64,000 bases of DNA from an uncultured Gemmatimonadales bacterium (GCA_963716255.1 OY970303.1:4160001-4224000), one strand, 5' to 3'; positions 20,429 through 30,634 are shown, counted from the stretch's first letter. The notes: a model not told the origin generated them from the letters alone. Numbers and translations are program-made.

Positions 20429-20698
20429 TCACTCTCCGTAGGGCGCGCCGGAGCGCGGCGCGTCCGGGAGCTGCTCGTCCAGCGACTGCCGGTAGCGCAC
20501 GCAGCCGCGGAGGAATTCCGGCCAGGTGGGAACCGTGGGCACCGGGTCCGTGCGCTCGGGGAGGAGCCCCCACAGCGCCGGGTGGTGCCAGCACAGCTCG
20601 TGGCCCGTGCCGTCGCGGTGCGCGCGGATGCCCGCGCGCAGCCGCCGCGCCTCCGCGACCAGCGCCTCGCGCGACATCCCCTCCAGGTCCTCGTCCAT
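20429..20698 (-). CDS. Small hypothetical protein (HELCWHHP motif)
   Basis: GGAGG RBS; globular-looking sequence. Confidence 0.75.
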   Translation of the reverse strand: MDEDLEGMSREALVAEARRLRAGIRAHRDGTGHELCWHHPALWGLLPERTDPVPTVPTWPEFLRGCVRYRQSLDEQLPDAPRSGAPYGE

Positions 20699-20731
20699 TG
20701 CGCCTCCGTTGTGTCCGCGGCCGCGGGACGG

Positions 20732-21523
20732 CTACGTGTCCGGCGTCAGGAGGGGCGGTTCCAGCACCGCGGCTTCCTCCGTCTCCGGCGGGGTGGGGGG
20801 GAGCCCCCGCGCCACCGCCATGTCGGAGAGCGCGGCGGCCATGCGGCGCCGCGCCTCGCGCATCAGGGGGAGCACGTCGCCCTCGCCCAGGCCGGCGGTG
20901 GGGATGGGATCCAGGACGCGGATCTCCACGTCGCCGGGCTCCAGCCGCCGGCCGGGGATGCTCATCCGCGGGGCGAGCGGGGAGACCACCACCGGCACAA
21001 GCGGCGCGCCCGTGGCGACCGCCATGTAGAACGCCCCCTTCTTGAAGGGGAGCATCCGCCCCGGCTCCTTTCCGCGCGTCCCCTCGGGGAAGATCCACAC
21101 CGCCGCCCCGCGCCGGAGGATCGCCTCCTCCACCTCCTTGAGCCGCCCCACCGCGCTGCGGTTGTCCTTGCGGTCGATGAGGATGTTGCCGGTGACCGTG
21201 TAGATCCACCCGAAGAACGGGATGCTCCGCAGCTCCTTCTTGGCGATGACCACCGAGCCGGGCGCGAAGGCCTGGGCCAGGATGGGCACGTCCAGCACGC
21301 TCTGGTGGTTGGCGATGAAGATGCACGGCCGGTACGCGTGCAGCCCCGCCTCCCCCGTGATGCGCACGCGCAGCCCGAGCGCCGGCTGCATGAGCCGGTG
21401 GAGCAGCATGGCGTAGTCGTACGCCACCCGCGACCGGTCGCGCCGGAAGAGCGCGATGGCCACTCCGTACACCGAGGCGGCCACGAAGGCCAGGAGACCG
21501 AGGGCGATGCGGACGTAGAACAT
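20732..21523 (-). CDS. plsC: 1-acyl-sn-glycerol-3-phosphate acyltransferase
   Basis: NHQSVLD, FPEGTR, PFKKGAF motifs. Confidence 0.92.
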   Translation of the reverse strand: MFYVRIALGLLAFVAASVYGVAIALFRRDRSRVAYDYAMLLHRLMQPALGLRVRITGEAGLHAYRPCIFIANHQSVLDVPILAQAFAPGSVVIAKKELRSIPFFGWIYTVTGNILIDRKDNRSAVGRLKEVEEAILRRGAAVWIFPEGTRGKEPGRMLPFKKGAFYMAVATGAPLVPVVVSPLAPRMSIPGRRLEPGDVEIRVLDPIPTAGLGEGDVLPLMREARRRMAAALSDMAVARGLPPTPPETEEAAVLEPPLLTPDT

Positions 21524-21605
21524 GCGGGTGCCGCGGGTGGGGCCGGGCTCCCGCGCCCGGGTCCGGGCGCGGGGAGGGAACTGCGGTATCCGGCGTACTG
21601 CCGTT

Positions 21606-22373
21606 CTACTGCCGGCTCACCAGCGTCGCCGAGGCCTGGTCGGTGGGCTTGATGATGATCTCGTCGACGTTGACGTGCGGCGGGCGGGTGGCGCACCAGA
21701 GCACGGCGTCGGCGATGTCGTCGGCCACCAGCGGAGTCATCCCGGCGTAGACGCGGTCGGCGCGCTCCCGGTCGCCGTGGAAGCGGACCACGCTGAACTC
21801 CGTCTCCACCATGCCGGGGTCCACGGTGCTCACCCGCACGCCGGTGCCCAGCAGGTCCATCCGCAGCCCCCGGGTGATGGCGTCCACCGCGTGCTTGGTG
21901 GCGCAGTACACCGCGCCCCCCGGGTACACCTCGTGCCCCGCCACCGAGCCGATGTCGACCACGTGGCCGCGCCCGCGCGCCACCATCCCGGGGACCACGG
22001 CGCGGGTGACGTAGAGCAGCCCCTTGACGTTGGTGTCCACCATCTCGTCCCACCCGGCGGGATCCCCCTCCTGCACCTTTTCCAGCCCGCGGCCCAGGCC
22101 GGCGTTGTTCACCAGCACGTCCACCTCCGCCCACTCCGGGGAGAGGGCGCCCAGGGCGGCGGCCACCGCCTGCGCGTCGCGCACGTCCAGCTCCAGCAGG
22201 CGGCATTCGGTGCCGTGCGCGTCGCGCAGCTCGGCGGCGAGCGCCTCAAGGCGCTCCGCGCGGCGCGCGGCCAGGACCAGGCGGGCGCCCGCCCCCGCGA
22301 AGGCGCGGGCGCAGGCGGCGCCGATGCCGGAGCTGGCGCCGGTGACCAGGACCGTCCGGAAGCTGTATCGCAC
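21606..22373 (-). CDS. SDR oxidoreductase (YdfG-like)
   Basis: TGASSGIG, NNAG, YCATK, PGMVETEF. Confidence 0.92.
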   Translation of the reverse strand: MRYSFRTVLVTGASSGIGAACARAFAGAGARLVLAARRAERLEALAAELRDAHGTECRLLELDVRDAQAVAAALGALSPEWAEVDVLVNNAGLGRGLEKVQEGDPAGWDEMVDTNVKGLLYVTRAVVPGMVARGRGHVVDIGSVAGHEVYPGGAVYCATKHAVDAITRGLRMDLLGTGVRVSTVDPGMVETEFSVVRFHGDRERADRVYAGMTPLVADDIADAVLWCATRPPHVNVDEIIIKPTDQASATLVSRQ

Positions 22374-22414
22374 GTCGGGATCTCGCGTTTGTCGTGGTTC
22401 CGTCGGCGGCCGCG

Positions 22415-22870
22415 TCAGCGGTCCGCGGGGCGTCCGCCGCCGGGGCGCTCCATGTAGCGCTCCGGGCGGTTCAGCTCCGCGAAGCCGAAGTGCCGGTACA
22501 GGCCGTGCGCGTCCTGCGTCACCAGCAGCCACCGCCACACCCCCTGCAGGCCGGGGTGCGACAGGACGGCCTCCACCAGCAGCTTTCCCAGCCCCCGGCC
22601 GCGCGCCTCCTCCAGCACGAACACGTCGGCCACGTAGGCCAGCTTCACGTGGTCGGTGACCACGCGCGCGAAGCCCACCTGCCGCCCGCCGCGGTACACG
22701 CCGAAGGGCAGGGAGTGCCGGATGGAGCGTGCCACCTCCTCGGCGGAGATGCCGGAGCTCCAGTACGAGCGGGCGAGGAAGCCGTGGACCACGTCCAGGT
22801 CGACGAGGGCGGGGTCGCTGCTGACCAGGTACTCGCCGCGCCGCAGCTCGTGCGGGGCCTCAGCCGGCAT
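22415..22870 (-). CDS. GNAT acetyltransferase
   Basis: GFARV.TD, RGRGLG, AHGLY..FGF. Confidence 0.9.
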   Translation of the reverse strand: MPAEAPHELRRGEYLVSSDPALVDLDVVHGFLARSYWSSGISAEEVARSIRHSLPFGVYRGGRQVGFARVVTDHVKLAYVADVFVLEEARGRGLGKLLVEAVLSHPGLQGVWRWLLVTQDAHGLYRHFGFAELNRPERYMERPGGGRPADR

Positions 22871-23321
22871 GGGCCGCCGCGGCGCGCTCGCGCTCCAGCT
22901 CCTCCAGCCGGAGCAGGAACTGGCGCGGCGTCACGATCCTCACCCCCCGGTTCTCGCCCACGACCAGCAGGTCCTGGTCGCTGCTCACCAGGAACGACGC
23001 GCTCCCGGCGAGCGCGCAGGACAGGATCATGTCGTCGTCGGGATCGCGGATCCCGGCTTCCGAGACGTCGGGCTCCCACTTCGCCACCACGGATTCCAGC
23101 TCCAGCAGCGCGAGAAAGCGGTTCACCTCGGAGTCGGTGAAGGCGTACCTGCGGCGGATGCGCGGGTAGTCCAGGGTGTGGCGGGTTTCCGCGAGGATCC
23201 GGCGGGAGGTGACGAGGACGAAGCGGTTGGCCCGCCAGGCCGCCACCACCTGCGCGGGCACTCCGGCCGGGACGATGAGGCTGCTGACGAAGACGGACGT
23301 GTCAAGGACGGTCCGGATCAT
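22860..23321 (-). CDS. PIN-domain toxin of type II TA system
   Basis: VLDTSV, RDPDD...CA, LVSSDQDLL PIN acidic motifs. Confidence 0.9.
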   Translation of the reverse strand: MIRTVLDTSVFVSSLIVPAGVPAQVVAAWRANRFVLVTSRRILAETRHTLDYPRIRRRYAFTDSEVNRFLALLELESVVAKWEPDVSEAGIRDPDDDMILSCALAGSASFLVSSDQDLLVVGENRGVRIVTPRQFLLRLEELERERAAAAHAG

Positions 23322-23589
23322 TCCGCTTCCTCACGGCGGCGAGCGCCTCGGCGATGTCCGCTTCGGCCTCCTTCTCGGGGACGCGGGGCATCCGGGCGCG
23401 GATCTCGTCGATCACCTGGAAGCGCTCCTCCCGCTCGGCCATCATGCGGTCGTACATCTCCAGCGGGACCACGGCGGCCATGGGCCTCCCGGAGCTTTCC
23501 AGGATCACGGTGTCTCCTCCGTAGTGCACCCGCCCCACCAGCTCCGAAAGCTTCTGCCGCGCCTCGCGGGCGCCCATGCGGATGATCAT
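23302..23589 (-). CDS. Phd/YefM family antitoxin
   Basis: AREARQKLSELV..V......I...GRPMAAVVP; overlaps toxin start. Confidence 0.9.
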   Translation of the reverse strand: MIIRMGAREARQKLSELVGRVHYGGDTVILESSGRPMAAVVPLEMYDRMMAEREERFQVIDEIRARMPRVPEKEAEADIAEALAAVRKRNDPDRP

Positions 23590-23616
23590 GCGGCTCTCCT
23601 GCTCGCGTGTGTTGCT

Positions 23617-23626
23617 TGTGTACACA
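23617..23626. promoter_or_regulatory. Probable Phd autoregulatory operator
   Basis: Perfect palindrome TGTGTACACA about 28 bp upstream of antitoxin start; TGTACA core typical of Phd/YefM operators. Confidence 0.7.
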
Positions 23627-23657
23627 CGTTACGCGGCGAATGGGCCGCGGTCAAGCC

Positions 23658-24917
23658 TCACGCGCCGGTCTCGCCCAGGAGCCAGCGGCGCACCCGGTCC
23701 AGCGCGGTCTGCGCGGTCATCCCCTTCACCCAGTCGCGGCTGCGCTCGCCCAGGTCGTAGCGCCGCGACCAGGAGCCGCCCTCCCAGGCAAGCGCCACGC
23801 ACACCGTCCCCACCGGCTTGTCCGGCGTGCCCCCGCCCGGCCCGGCGATCCCGGTGGTGGCCAGCCCCAGGTCCGCGCCGGCGAGGCGGCGGATCCCGGC
23901 GGCCATCTCCTCCGCGGTCTGCGGGCTCACCGCCCCCCGGTCGCGGAGCGTTTCCGGCCGCACCCCCAGCAGGCGCTCCTTGGCGTCGTTGGAGTACGTC
24001 ACCACCCCCATGAGGAAGTACTCCGAGCTGCCTGGCACCTCCGTGAGGCGGTGGCCCACGAGGCCGCCGGTGCACGACTCCGCCACCGCCAGCGTCAGGC
24101 AGCGCTCGCGGAGCAGCCTCCCCACGGTTTCCTCCATCCCCTCGTCGCCCACGGCGTAGAGGTGCGTCCCCAGGCGCTCGCGCACGCGGGCCTCCAGCGC
24201 GTCCAGCCGCCCCTCCAGGTCGTCGTCCGGGGCGCCGGCCACGGTGAGCCGCGCCTGGATGCGGGGGAAGGCGGCGCGGAAGGCCAGCCGGGCCTCGGCG
24301 GGGGTGACGACGCCCGCCAGCAGCTCGTCCAGCCGGCTCTCGGCCAGCCCGAAGGTGCTGAAGACGCGCGACAGGAAGCGGCGGCCGGGACGTAAGCCCT
24401 CCAGCCAGGGGATCACCGTTTCCACGGCCATGCGCTTCATCTCGCGCGGGACGCCGGGAAGGCACACCACGTGGCGGATGGCTCCGCCGCGTCCTACCGG
24501 GCAGATGAAGCCCGGCGCGGTCCCCAGGGGGTTGGGGACGATGGTGCTCCCTTCGGGGAAGAGCGCCTGCTTGCGGTTGTTCTCCGGCATCTCCATGCCG
24601 CGGCCGCGGAAGCGCTCCTCGACGATGGACAGCGAGTGCTCGTCCAGGCGCAGCGGACGCCCGGCCAGCCGCGCGACCACGGCGGTGGTCAGGTCGTCGG
24701 CGGTGGGGCCCAGGCCACCGGTGGAGACGGCCACCTCGGCCTCGGCGAGGGCGCGCTCGAAGGCGCGGGCCATGGCGTCCTCGTCGTCCGGGACGGCGAA
24801 GCCGGCGACCGGCTCCACCCCCACGCCGCGCAGCTGCTCGGCCAGGAAGCCGGAGTTGGTGTCCGTGGTCAGCCCGGCGACGATCTCGTCGCCGATGGCG
24901 AGCAGCGCGGCCTTCAC
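23658..24917 (-). CDS. cinA: Competence/damage-inducible protein A (MocF + PncC domains)
   Basis: IGDEI...DTNS, GGLGPTADD, AESCTGG, TGIAGP; GTG start overlapping upstream stop. Confidence 0.95.
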   Translation of the reverse strand: MKAALLAIGDEIVAGLTTDTNSGFLAEQLRGVGVEPVAGFAVPDDEDAMARAFERALAEAEVAVSTGGLGPTADDLTTAVVARLAGRPLRLDEHSLSIVEERFRGRGMEMPENNRKQALFPEGSTIVPNPLGTAPGFICPVGRGGAIRHVVCLPGVPREMKRMAVETVIPWLEGLRPGRRFLSRVFSTFGLAESRLDELLAGVVTPAEARLAFRAAFPRIQARLTVAGAPDDDLEGRLDALEARVRERLGTHLYAVGDEGMEETVGRLLRERCLTLAVAESCTGGLVGHRLTEVPGSSEYFLMGVVTYSNDAKERLLGVRPETLRDRGAVSPQTAEEMAAGIRRLAGADLGLATTGIAGPGGGTPDKPVGTVCVALAWEGGSWSRRYDLGERSRDWVKGMTAQTALDRVRRWLLGETGA

Positions 24918-25768
24918 CTGCCGCGGCCTCCGCGCATGGCCCCGAGCGCGGCCTTGAGCCCGTCGCGCGGGACGCGGGTGAGCCCGTTGAACTCGCCCCC
25001 CGAGGCGATCCACTCGCCGCCGTCGATCACCACGCACTCGCCGTTGACGAAGGGCGCGCCGTCGGACACCAGGAAGGCGGCCAGGTTGGCGAGCTCGTCG
25101 TGGTCGCCGAAGCGGCCCATGGGGATGCGCGCCTTCGCCTCGGCCTCGATCTCGGGGGTGGGCATCAGCGCGCTCCACGCGCCCTCGGTGGGGAAGGGGC
25201 CGGGGGCGATGGCGTTGACGCGGATGCCGTAGGTGGCCCACTCCACCGCCAGCGAGCGCGTCATGGCGAGTACCCCGGCCTTCCCCGCGGCGGATGGGAC
25301 CACGAAGGCGGAGCCGGTCCAGGCGTAGGTGGTGACGATGTTGAGGATGCTCCCGCCCCGCCCGCGCGCGATCATACCGCGGCCCGCGGCGAGAGTGGCG
25401 TTGAAGGTGCCGTAGAGGACGGTCTGCACCACGGCGTTGAAGCCGCCGGGGGACAGGTCCTCGGTGGCGGCCAGGAAGTTCCCCGCGGCGTTGTTCACCA
25501 GCACGTCCACCCCGCCGAAGCGCTCGTCCACCGCCGCCGTGGTGGCCTCGACCTGCGCGAAGTCGCGCACGTCGCACGGGTGGATGAAGACGCGCTCGCC
25601 GGTGGGGTCGATCTCCTTGGCCGCGCCCGCGAGCCGCTCCTCGCTGCGCCCGGTGATCGCCACGCGGGCGCCCAGCGCGGCGAACTTCCTGGCCATGGAA
25701 AGCCCCAGGCCGGAGCCGCCCCCGGTGACCAGCACCGTCTTTTCCCGCAGCAGGTCGTCCCTGAACAT
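24914..25768 (-). CDS. SDR oxidoreductase (2,4-dienoyl-CoA reductase-like)
   Basis: TGGGSGLG, NNAAGNF, IAPGPF. Confidence 0.92.
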   Translation of the reverse strand: MFRDDLLREKTVLVTGGGSGLGLSMARKFAALGARVAITGRSEERLAGAAKEIDPTGERVFIHPCDVRDFAQVEATTAAVDERFGGVDVLVNNAAGNFLAATEDLSPGGFNAVVQTVLYGTFNATLAAGRGMIARGRGGSILNIVTTYAWTGSAFVVPSAAGKAGVLAMTRSLAVEWATYGIRVNAIAPGPFPTEGAWSALMPTPEIEAEAKARIPMGRFGDHDELANLAAFLVSDGAPFVNGECVVIDGGEWIASGGEFNGLTRVPRDGLKAALGAMRGGRGR

Positions 25769-25994
25769 GCTCGTTCCCCCGGCGCCAGGTGGGTGCGCGG
25801 CCCGGGCGCGTGGCGCCCCGGCTCTCCGCCGCCAAGTTACGCCCGGACGGGTGCGGCGGACAGGGGGACACGGCCCGCCGGCCGCGGCGCGCGGCCGTGG
25901 CGGGGACGCCGCGGCCGGGATAACTTTCCCGGCCCGCGGGAGTATCGAGCCCGCCCGGCCCACCCGGAGCTCCTGGTACCCGGAAACCCCGAAG

Positions 25995-27371
25995 ATGCAG
26001 CCTCTTTCCCGCTCTCCGCGCGCGCTGCTGCGCCGCGTCCTGCCGGCGGTCGCGCTGGCGCTGGCGGCGCTCGCCCCCCTGGACCTCGCCTCGCAGGGGC
26101 CGCTGTCCGCGCCGTCCCTCCCGTCCGCGGCCCCCGGGGACGGCGCGGAGCCGGGCGTGTTCCTGCTCACCATGGGGCAGGGCGACATGGTGTGGGAGCG
26201 CTTCGGGCACGACGCCATCTGGATCCACGACCCGGTGGCGGGGACGGACCAGGTGTACAACTACGGGATGTTCGACTTCCGCTCGCCGGGGTACTGGCAG
26301 CGCTTCATGAAGGGGAACTGGATCTACCAGGTGGGCGCCGTGGACCTGGGGCGCACCCTGGCGGAGTACCGGTACCTGAACCGCTCGGTGTGGGCGCAGG
26401 AGCTGAACCTGACGCCCGCGCAGAAGCGGGAGGTGCAGGCCTTCCTGGAGTGGAACGTCCAGCCGGCGAACCGCGAGTACCTGTACGACTACTACCGGGA
26501 CAACTGCTCCACCCGCATCCGCGACGTGATCGACCGGGCGGCGGGCGGGCGGCTGCGCGCGGCCACGGCGGGACATCCCACCGGGACCACCTACCGCTGG
26601 CACAGCGAGCGGCTGGTGGAGGGCGATCGGCTGGTGTACTTCGGGCTGCTGGGCGGCCTGGGCCCCGCGGCGGACCGCCCCATCGACCGGTGGGAGGAGA
26701 TGTTCCTCCCCGGCAAGGTGCGGGAGCAGGTGCGCCGTGTGCGGGTGCCGGACGCGAGCGGGCGGATGGTGCCGCTGGTGAAGGCGGAGGTCACGCTCTT
26801 CGAGGCGACGGGCCGCGCGCCGGAGGCCGCGGAGCCGCCCTTCTGGCTGCCCTGGTACCTGCTGGCCGGGCTCGCCCTGGGCGGGGCGCTCGCGGGGCTG
26901 GGCGCGCTGGCGCGGCGCTCGGCGGCGGCGCGCGTGGGCCTGGCGGCGCTCGGGGGGCTGTGGTCGCTGGTGGGCGGCGTGGGCGGAAGCGTCCTGCTGG
27001 GGCTGTGGACGCTGACCAACCACCGCATCGCCTTCCGCAACGAGAACCTGCTCCAGTTCGACCCGCTGGCGCTGGGGCTGGTGGTGCTGGTTCCCGCGGT
27101 GGCGCTGGGCGCGCGGTGGGCGGCACGCCCCGCGCGGATGCTGGCGCTGGCCGTGGCCGCGCTGTCCGTGCTGGGGCTGGTGATGCAGGTGCTCCCCGGC
27201 CTGGACCAGGTGAACGGCACGATGATCGCTTTCACGCTGCCGGTGCACCTGGGGCTCGCCTGGGCCGTGGTGAGGAACTGTAGGGGACAGGAAGCAGGGG
27301 ACAGGGGACAGCCGGCAACGGCAGGCAATCCCGCGGCGCGCAAGCGGGGGGCGCTGGCGGGGCCGCAGTAA
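25995..27371 (+). CDS. DUF4105 / Lnb-like (lipoprotein N-acyltransferase B type) membrane protein
   Basis: FGH, YNYGMFDF, QELNL, YDYYRDNCSTR plus C-terminal TM helices. Confidence 0.85.
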   Translation: MQPLSRSPRALLRRVLPAVALALAALAPLDLASQGPLSAPSLPSAAPGDGAEPGVFLLTMGQGDMVWERFGHDAIWIHDPVAGTDQVYNYGMFDFRSPGYWQRFMKGNWIYQVGAVDLGRTLAEYRYLNRSVWAQELNLTPAQKREVQAFLEWNVQPANREYLYDYYRDNCSTRIRDVIDRAAGGRLRAATAGHPTGTTYRWHSERLVEGDRLVYFGLLGGLGPAADRPIDRWEEMFLPGKVREQVRRVRVPDASGRMVPLVKAEVTLFEATGRAPEAAEPPFWLPWYLLAGLALGGALAGLGALARRSAAARVGLAALGGLWSLVGGVGGSVLLGLWTLTNHRIAFRNENLLQFDPLALGLVVLVPAVALGARWAARPARMLALAVAALSVLGLVMQVLPGLDQVNGTMIAFTLPVHLGLAWAVVRNCRGQEAGDRGQPATAGNPAARKRGALAGPQ

Positions 27372-27444
27372 CCCCTCACCCCCCGGCCCCCTCTCCCACA
27401 AGGGGGAGCGTGGCGAGCCTCAAGCGAGCCGGGTGGGGGCCCTC
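27372..27444. repeat. Family C REP-like element
   Basis: CCCCTCACCCCCCGGCCCCCTCTCCC...GGCGAGCCTCAAGCGAGCCGGGTGGGGG. Confidence 0.85.
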
Positions 27445-27466
27445 AGCGGACGCCAGCGCGATGCCC

Positions 27467-27593
27467 GCGTGAGGGATGCGAGCGCGAAGCGGCGAGACCC
27501 GCGGGCAGTTTCGCGGGGCTCGCCTCCGTTACGCACAGTTTCATCGTGCGTTACGGAGCCGCAGCCCGACCCCGCGTCGGCGGGGGCACGCCC
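27467..27593 (+). repeat. Family A structured element copy 6 (most divergent)
   Basis: Framework kept with compensatory changes (CGC-GAA-GCG; TGCG/CGCA). Confidence 0.93.
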
Positions 27594-27639
27594 GAGCCCG
27601 CAGTCCGTACTCGGTTCAGACGACGCCAGAGAGAGGAGC

Positions 27640-27996
27640 ATGGAGGTCCAGATCTTCGGCACCAAGAAGTGCAAGGAATCGCAGAAGGCGCTGCGCTTCT
27701 TCAAGGAGCGCCGCATCAGGACGCACTTCGTCGACCTGGCGGTGAAGGCCGCCTCGCAGGGCGAGCTCAGGCGCTTCGCCCAGAAGTTCGGCGCGGAGGC
27801 GCTGCTGGACCGCGAGGGGAAGCGCTTCCGCGAGCGCGGGCTGCACGTGGCGCACGTGTCGGAGGCGCGCGTCCTGCCCATGCTGGAGGAGGACCCGGCG
27901 CTGCTGCGGACGCCGCTTCTGCGCTCGGGGAACCTGCTGTCGCTGGGATGGGACGAGGCGGAGTGGAAGGAGCGCGTGAAGCAGGCTACGTCGTGA
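27640..27996 (+). CDS. ArsC/Spx family thioredoxin-fold protein
   Basis: IFGTKKC..S.KA.RF, P.LLRTP. Confidence 0.85.
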   Translation: MEVQIFGTKKCKESQKALRFFKERRIRTHFVDLAVKAASQGELRRFAQKFGAEALLDREGKRFRERGLHVAHVSEARVLPMLEEDPALLRTPLLRSGNLLSLGWDEAEWKERVKQATS

Positions 27997-28018
27997 CGGA
28001 CGAACGCGAGGAGGCCCG

Positions 28019-28579
28019 GTGAGGATCGTGGCGGGGAAGTGGGCGGGGCGGCACCTGACCTCGCCGCCGGACCGCCGCGTGCGCCCCACGGCGGAGGGGG
28101 TGCGCGACGCCTGGATGAAGCTGGTGGAGCCGTACCTGGAGGGGGCTCGCCTGATCGACCTGTTCGCGGGGACGGGGGCGCTGGGGCTGGAGGCGATGTC
28201 GCGCGGGGCGAAGTTCGCGGACTTCGTGGAGGACCGCCCCGCCAGCCTGCACGCCCTCAAGGCCAACATCGCCGCGCTGCACGTGCGCGAGCGCACCCGC
28301 GTGTTCAAAAAGGACGCGCTGCGCTTCGCGGCGGCGCTGGAGGCGGGGAGCTACGACCTGGCGTTCGCGGACCCGCCCTACGGCTCGCGGATGCTGGACC
28401 GGCTGGTGGAGGGGTGGCAGGCGCGTCCCTTCTCCCCCATCCTGGCCGTGGAGCACGCCGCCGACCACGACCTGCCCCCGGGCGGCAGGCGCTACCTGCT
28501 GGAAGACCCCACCGCCGTCACCCTGTACCGCGCGCCCAAGCGCGCCGCCTCTCTTCCTCCCGCCGATCCCGAGCCGTGA
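28019..28579 (+). CDS. rsmD: RsmD family RNA methyltransferase
   Basis: RIVAG, RPT, DLFAGTGALGLEAMSRGA, DPPY. Confidence 0.88.
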   Translation: MRIVAGKWAGRHLTSPPDRRVRPTAEGVRDAWMKLVEPYLEGARLIDLFAGTGALGLEAMSRGAKFADFVEDRPASLHALKANIAALHVRERTRVFKKDALRFAAALEAGSYDLAFADPPYGSRMLDRLVEGWQARPFSPILAVEHAADHDLPPGGRRYLLEDPTAVTLYRAPKRAASLPPADPEP

Positions 28580-29064
28580 CCGACCCCACCCCGCGCATCC
28601 GCCCCGCCGCCGCCGACGACGCGGACACGTTCCTGGCGCTGGTGGATGCCCTCGCCGACTACGAGAAGCTGGACCGCCCCACCCCCGCGGCGCGCGAGCG
28701 GCTGCTGCGCGACGCGTTCGGGCCGGAGCCGCGCATCCGCGTGCACCTGGCCGAGCTGGACGGGCGGGCGGTGGCGTACACCATCACGCTGGACACGTAC
28801 TCGTCGTTCCTGGCGCTGCCCACGCTGTACCTGGAGGACCTGTTCGTCCTCCCCGGGGCGCGGCGCGCCGGGGTGGGCGCGGCGTTCTTCCGCTTCCACG
28901 CCGGCGAGGCGGCGCGCGGGGGGTACGGGCGCATGGAGTGGGTGGTGCTGGACTGGAACCAGCTCGCCATCGACTTCTACGAGAAGCTGGGGGCGAGTCG
29001 CCTCACGGACTGGTACACGTACCGGCTGACGGCGGAGCAGCTGCGGGAGATCGCGGGGGCGTAG
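28576..29064 (+). CDS. GNAT acetyltransferase (SSAT-like)
   Basis: LADYEK, LYLEDLFV, WVVLDWN..AIDFY. Confidence 0.9.
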   Translation: MTDPTPRIRPAAADDADTFLALVDALADYEKLDRPTPAARERLLRDAFGPEPRIRVHLAELDGRAVAYTITLDTYSSFLALPTLYLEDLFVLPGARRAGVGAAFFRFHAGEAARGGYGRMEWVVLDWNQLAIDFYEKLGASRLTDWYTYRLTAEQLREIAGA

Positions 29065-29114
29065 CGGCCGCACGGGGGCGGCCGGCGGACACCGGACGGG
29101 ACCGGGAGGCGCGC

Positions 29115-29906
29115 ATGGCGAAAGCGAGCGGCGAGGTGGAGCTGCACCACGAGACGACGGGCGAGGGCGAGCCCGTGCTCTTCCTGCACGGCTTCCCCTT
29201 CACGGGGGCGCTGTGGCGCCCCGTCGTGGAGCGGCTGGCGGACGGCTGGCGCTGCATCGTCCCCGACCTGCGGGGGATGGGGCGCAGCCCGGCGACGGGC
29301 GCGGCGGGGATGGACGATTACGCGGACGACCTGGCGCGGCTCCTGGACACACTGGGGGAAACGCGGCCGGTGGCGGTGGTGGGGATGTCCATGGGCGGGT
29401 ACGTGGCATTCGCCCTGGCGCGGCGCCACCCGGAGCGGGTGCGGGCGCTGGCGCTGGTGGACACGCGCGCCGAGCCCGACACGGAGGAAGGCGCCCGCGG
29501 CCGGCTCGCCACCGCGGAGCGGGTGCTGCGCGAGGGGAGCCGCGTGGTGGCGGACGACATGGTGGGGAAGCTGTTCGCCGCGTCCGCGCCGGAGGATCTG
29601 CGCTCCCGCTGGCACGCCGTCATGGCGGCGACTCCGCCGCAGGGCGTCGCCGCGGCGCTGCGGGGGATGGCCGCGCGCCCGGATTCGCTGGAGACGCTGC
29701 GCACCTTCGGCCGCCCCGTGCTGGTGGTGGTGGGCGCGGAGGACACCGTCACGCCGGTGGAGAGCGCCCGGCGCATGGCGGAGGCGGTCCCCGGCGCGCG
29801 GCTGGAGACGCTGCCCGGGGCGGGGCACATGGCGGTCGTGGAGCGCCCGGACGCCGTGGCCGGGGCGCTGCGGCGCTTCCTGGACTCACTGCCGCCCGTC
29901 GCATGA
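29115..29906 (+). CDS. Alpha/beta hydrolase
   Basis: LHGFP, GMSMGG nucleophile elbow, GH catalytic His. Confidence 0.92.
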   Translation: MAKASGEVELHHETTGEGEPVLFLHGFPFTGALWRPVVERLADGWRCIVPDLRGMGRSPATGAAGMDDYADDLARLLDTLGETRPVAVVGMSMGGYVAFALARRHPERVRALALVDTRAEPDTEEGARGRLATAERVLREGSRVVADDMVGKLFAASAPEDLRSRWHAVMAATPPQGVAAALRGMAARPDSLETLRTFGRPVLVVVGAEDTVTPVESARRMAEAVPGARLETLPGAGHMAVVERPDAVAGALRRFLDSLPPVA

Positions 29907-30190
29907 CCGGCCGATTCTCCCGGTTTGGCCGGAAGCGAATTCCGCGCAGCGTGCTTCCGCCTTGTAGCCTGACTGTTTAGCGCCGGCGCCGGTTCCAGGA
30001 AACCGGCACCGGCTCCTGGCCCGTGAATTGCCAGTTATTTTGCGCCACCAATCGACAGGAGGTTTGTCTGGGTGGTGGCTGCGGGCCCGCTCAGGGTGGT
30101 CACAGTGCCTGCTGCACGGCGGGGGACGCCCCGGCGGGGTGGGCGACGGGAGAGACGGCCGACACAGGGAGACTCAACCCAGGAGGGACG

Positions 30191-30634
30191 ATGCTGAAGA
30201 CGATCAGGGGACTGGTGCTGGCGGTGGGAATGCTGGCCGCGGGCGTCACGCTGGCCGCAGCGCACGCGCCGGAGGTGGAGGCCGTGGCGTGGGCGTGGGA
30301 CCAGGGAACGCTCTCCTTCACGAACACGCAGTCCAGCGAGGCCGCACAGGAGACCTCGGCCAGCGGGGCAGCGGGGGCGATCCGCTTCCAGGGGAGCCTG
30401 CAGACGCCGAACCCGTGCTACGACGTGACCGCGGCGCAGCGGCAGCGCGGCAAGCGAGTCATCGTCACGGTAACCGCGACGCCCACGGACGGGTTCTGCA
30501 CGCAGGTGATCACCTACAACAACTACTCGGGCCAGGTGTCCGGGCTCGCCGCGGGGACGTACGACTTCCAACTGGTGCAGGTGGTCGGCGGCCGGTCCAC
30601 GACGGTGCTCACCCAGCAGGTGACGGTGAGCTGA
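30191..30634 (+). CDS. Secreted beta-rich hypothetical protein
   Basis: AGGAGG RBS, signal peptide, PNPCY...CTQVI. Confidence 0.8.
   Translation: MLKTIRGLVLAVGMLAAGVTLAAAHAPEVEAVAWAWDQGTLSFTNTQSSEAAQETSASGAAGAIRFQGSLQTPNPCYDVTAAQRQRGKRVIVTVTATPTDGFCTQVITYNNYSGQVSGLAAGTYDFQLVQVVGGRSTTVLTQQVTVS

Noticed and set aside
24918..27401. Long N-terminal extension of cinA (1247-aa ORF)
   Set aside because: Overlaps the SDR and DUF4105 genes; the real start is GTG 24917, coupled to the SDR stop.
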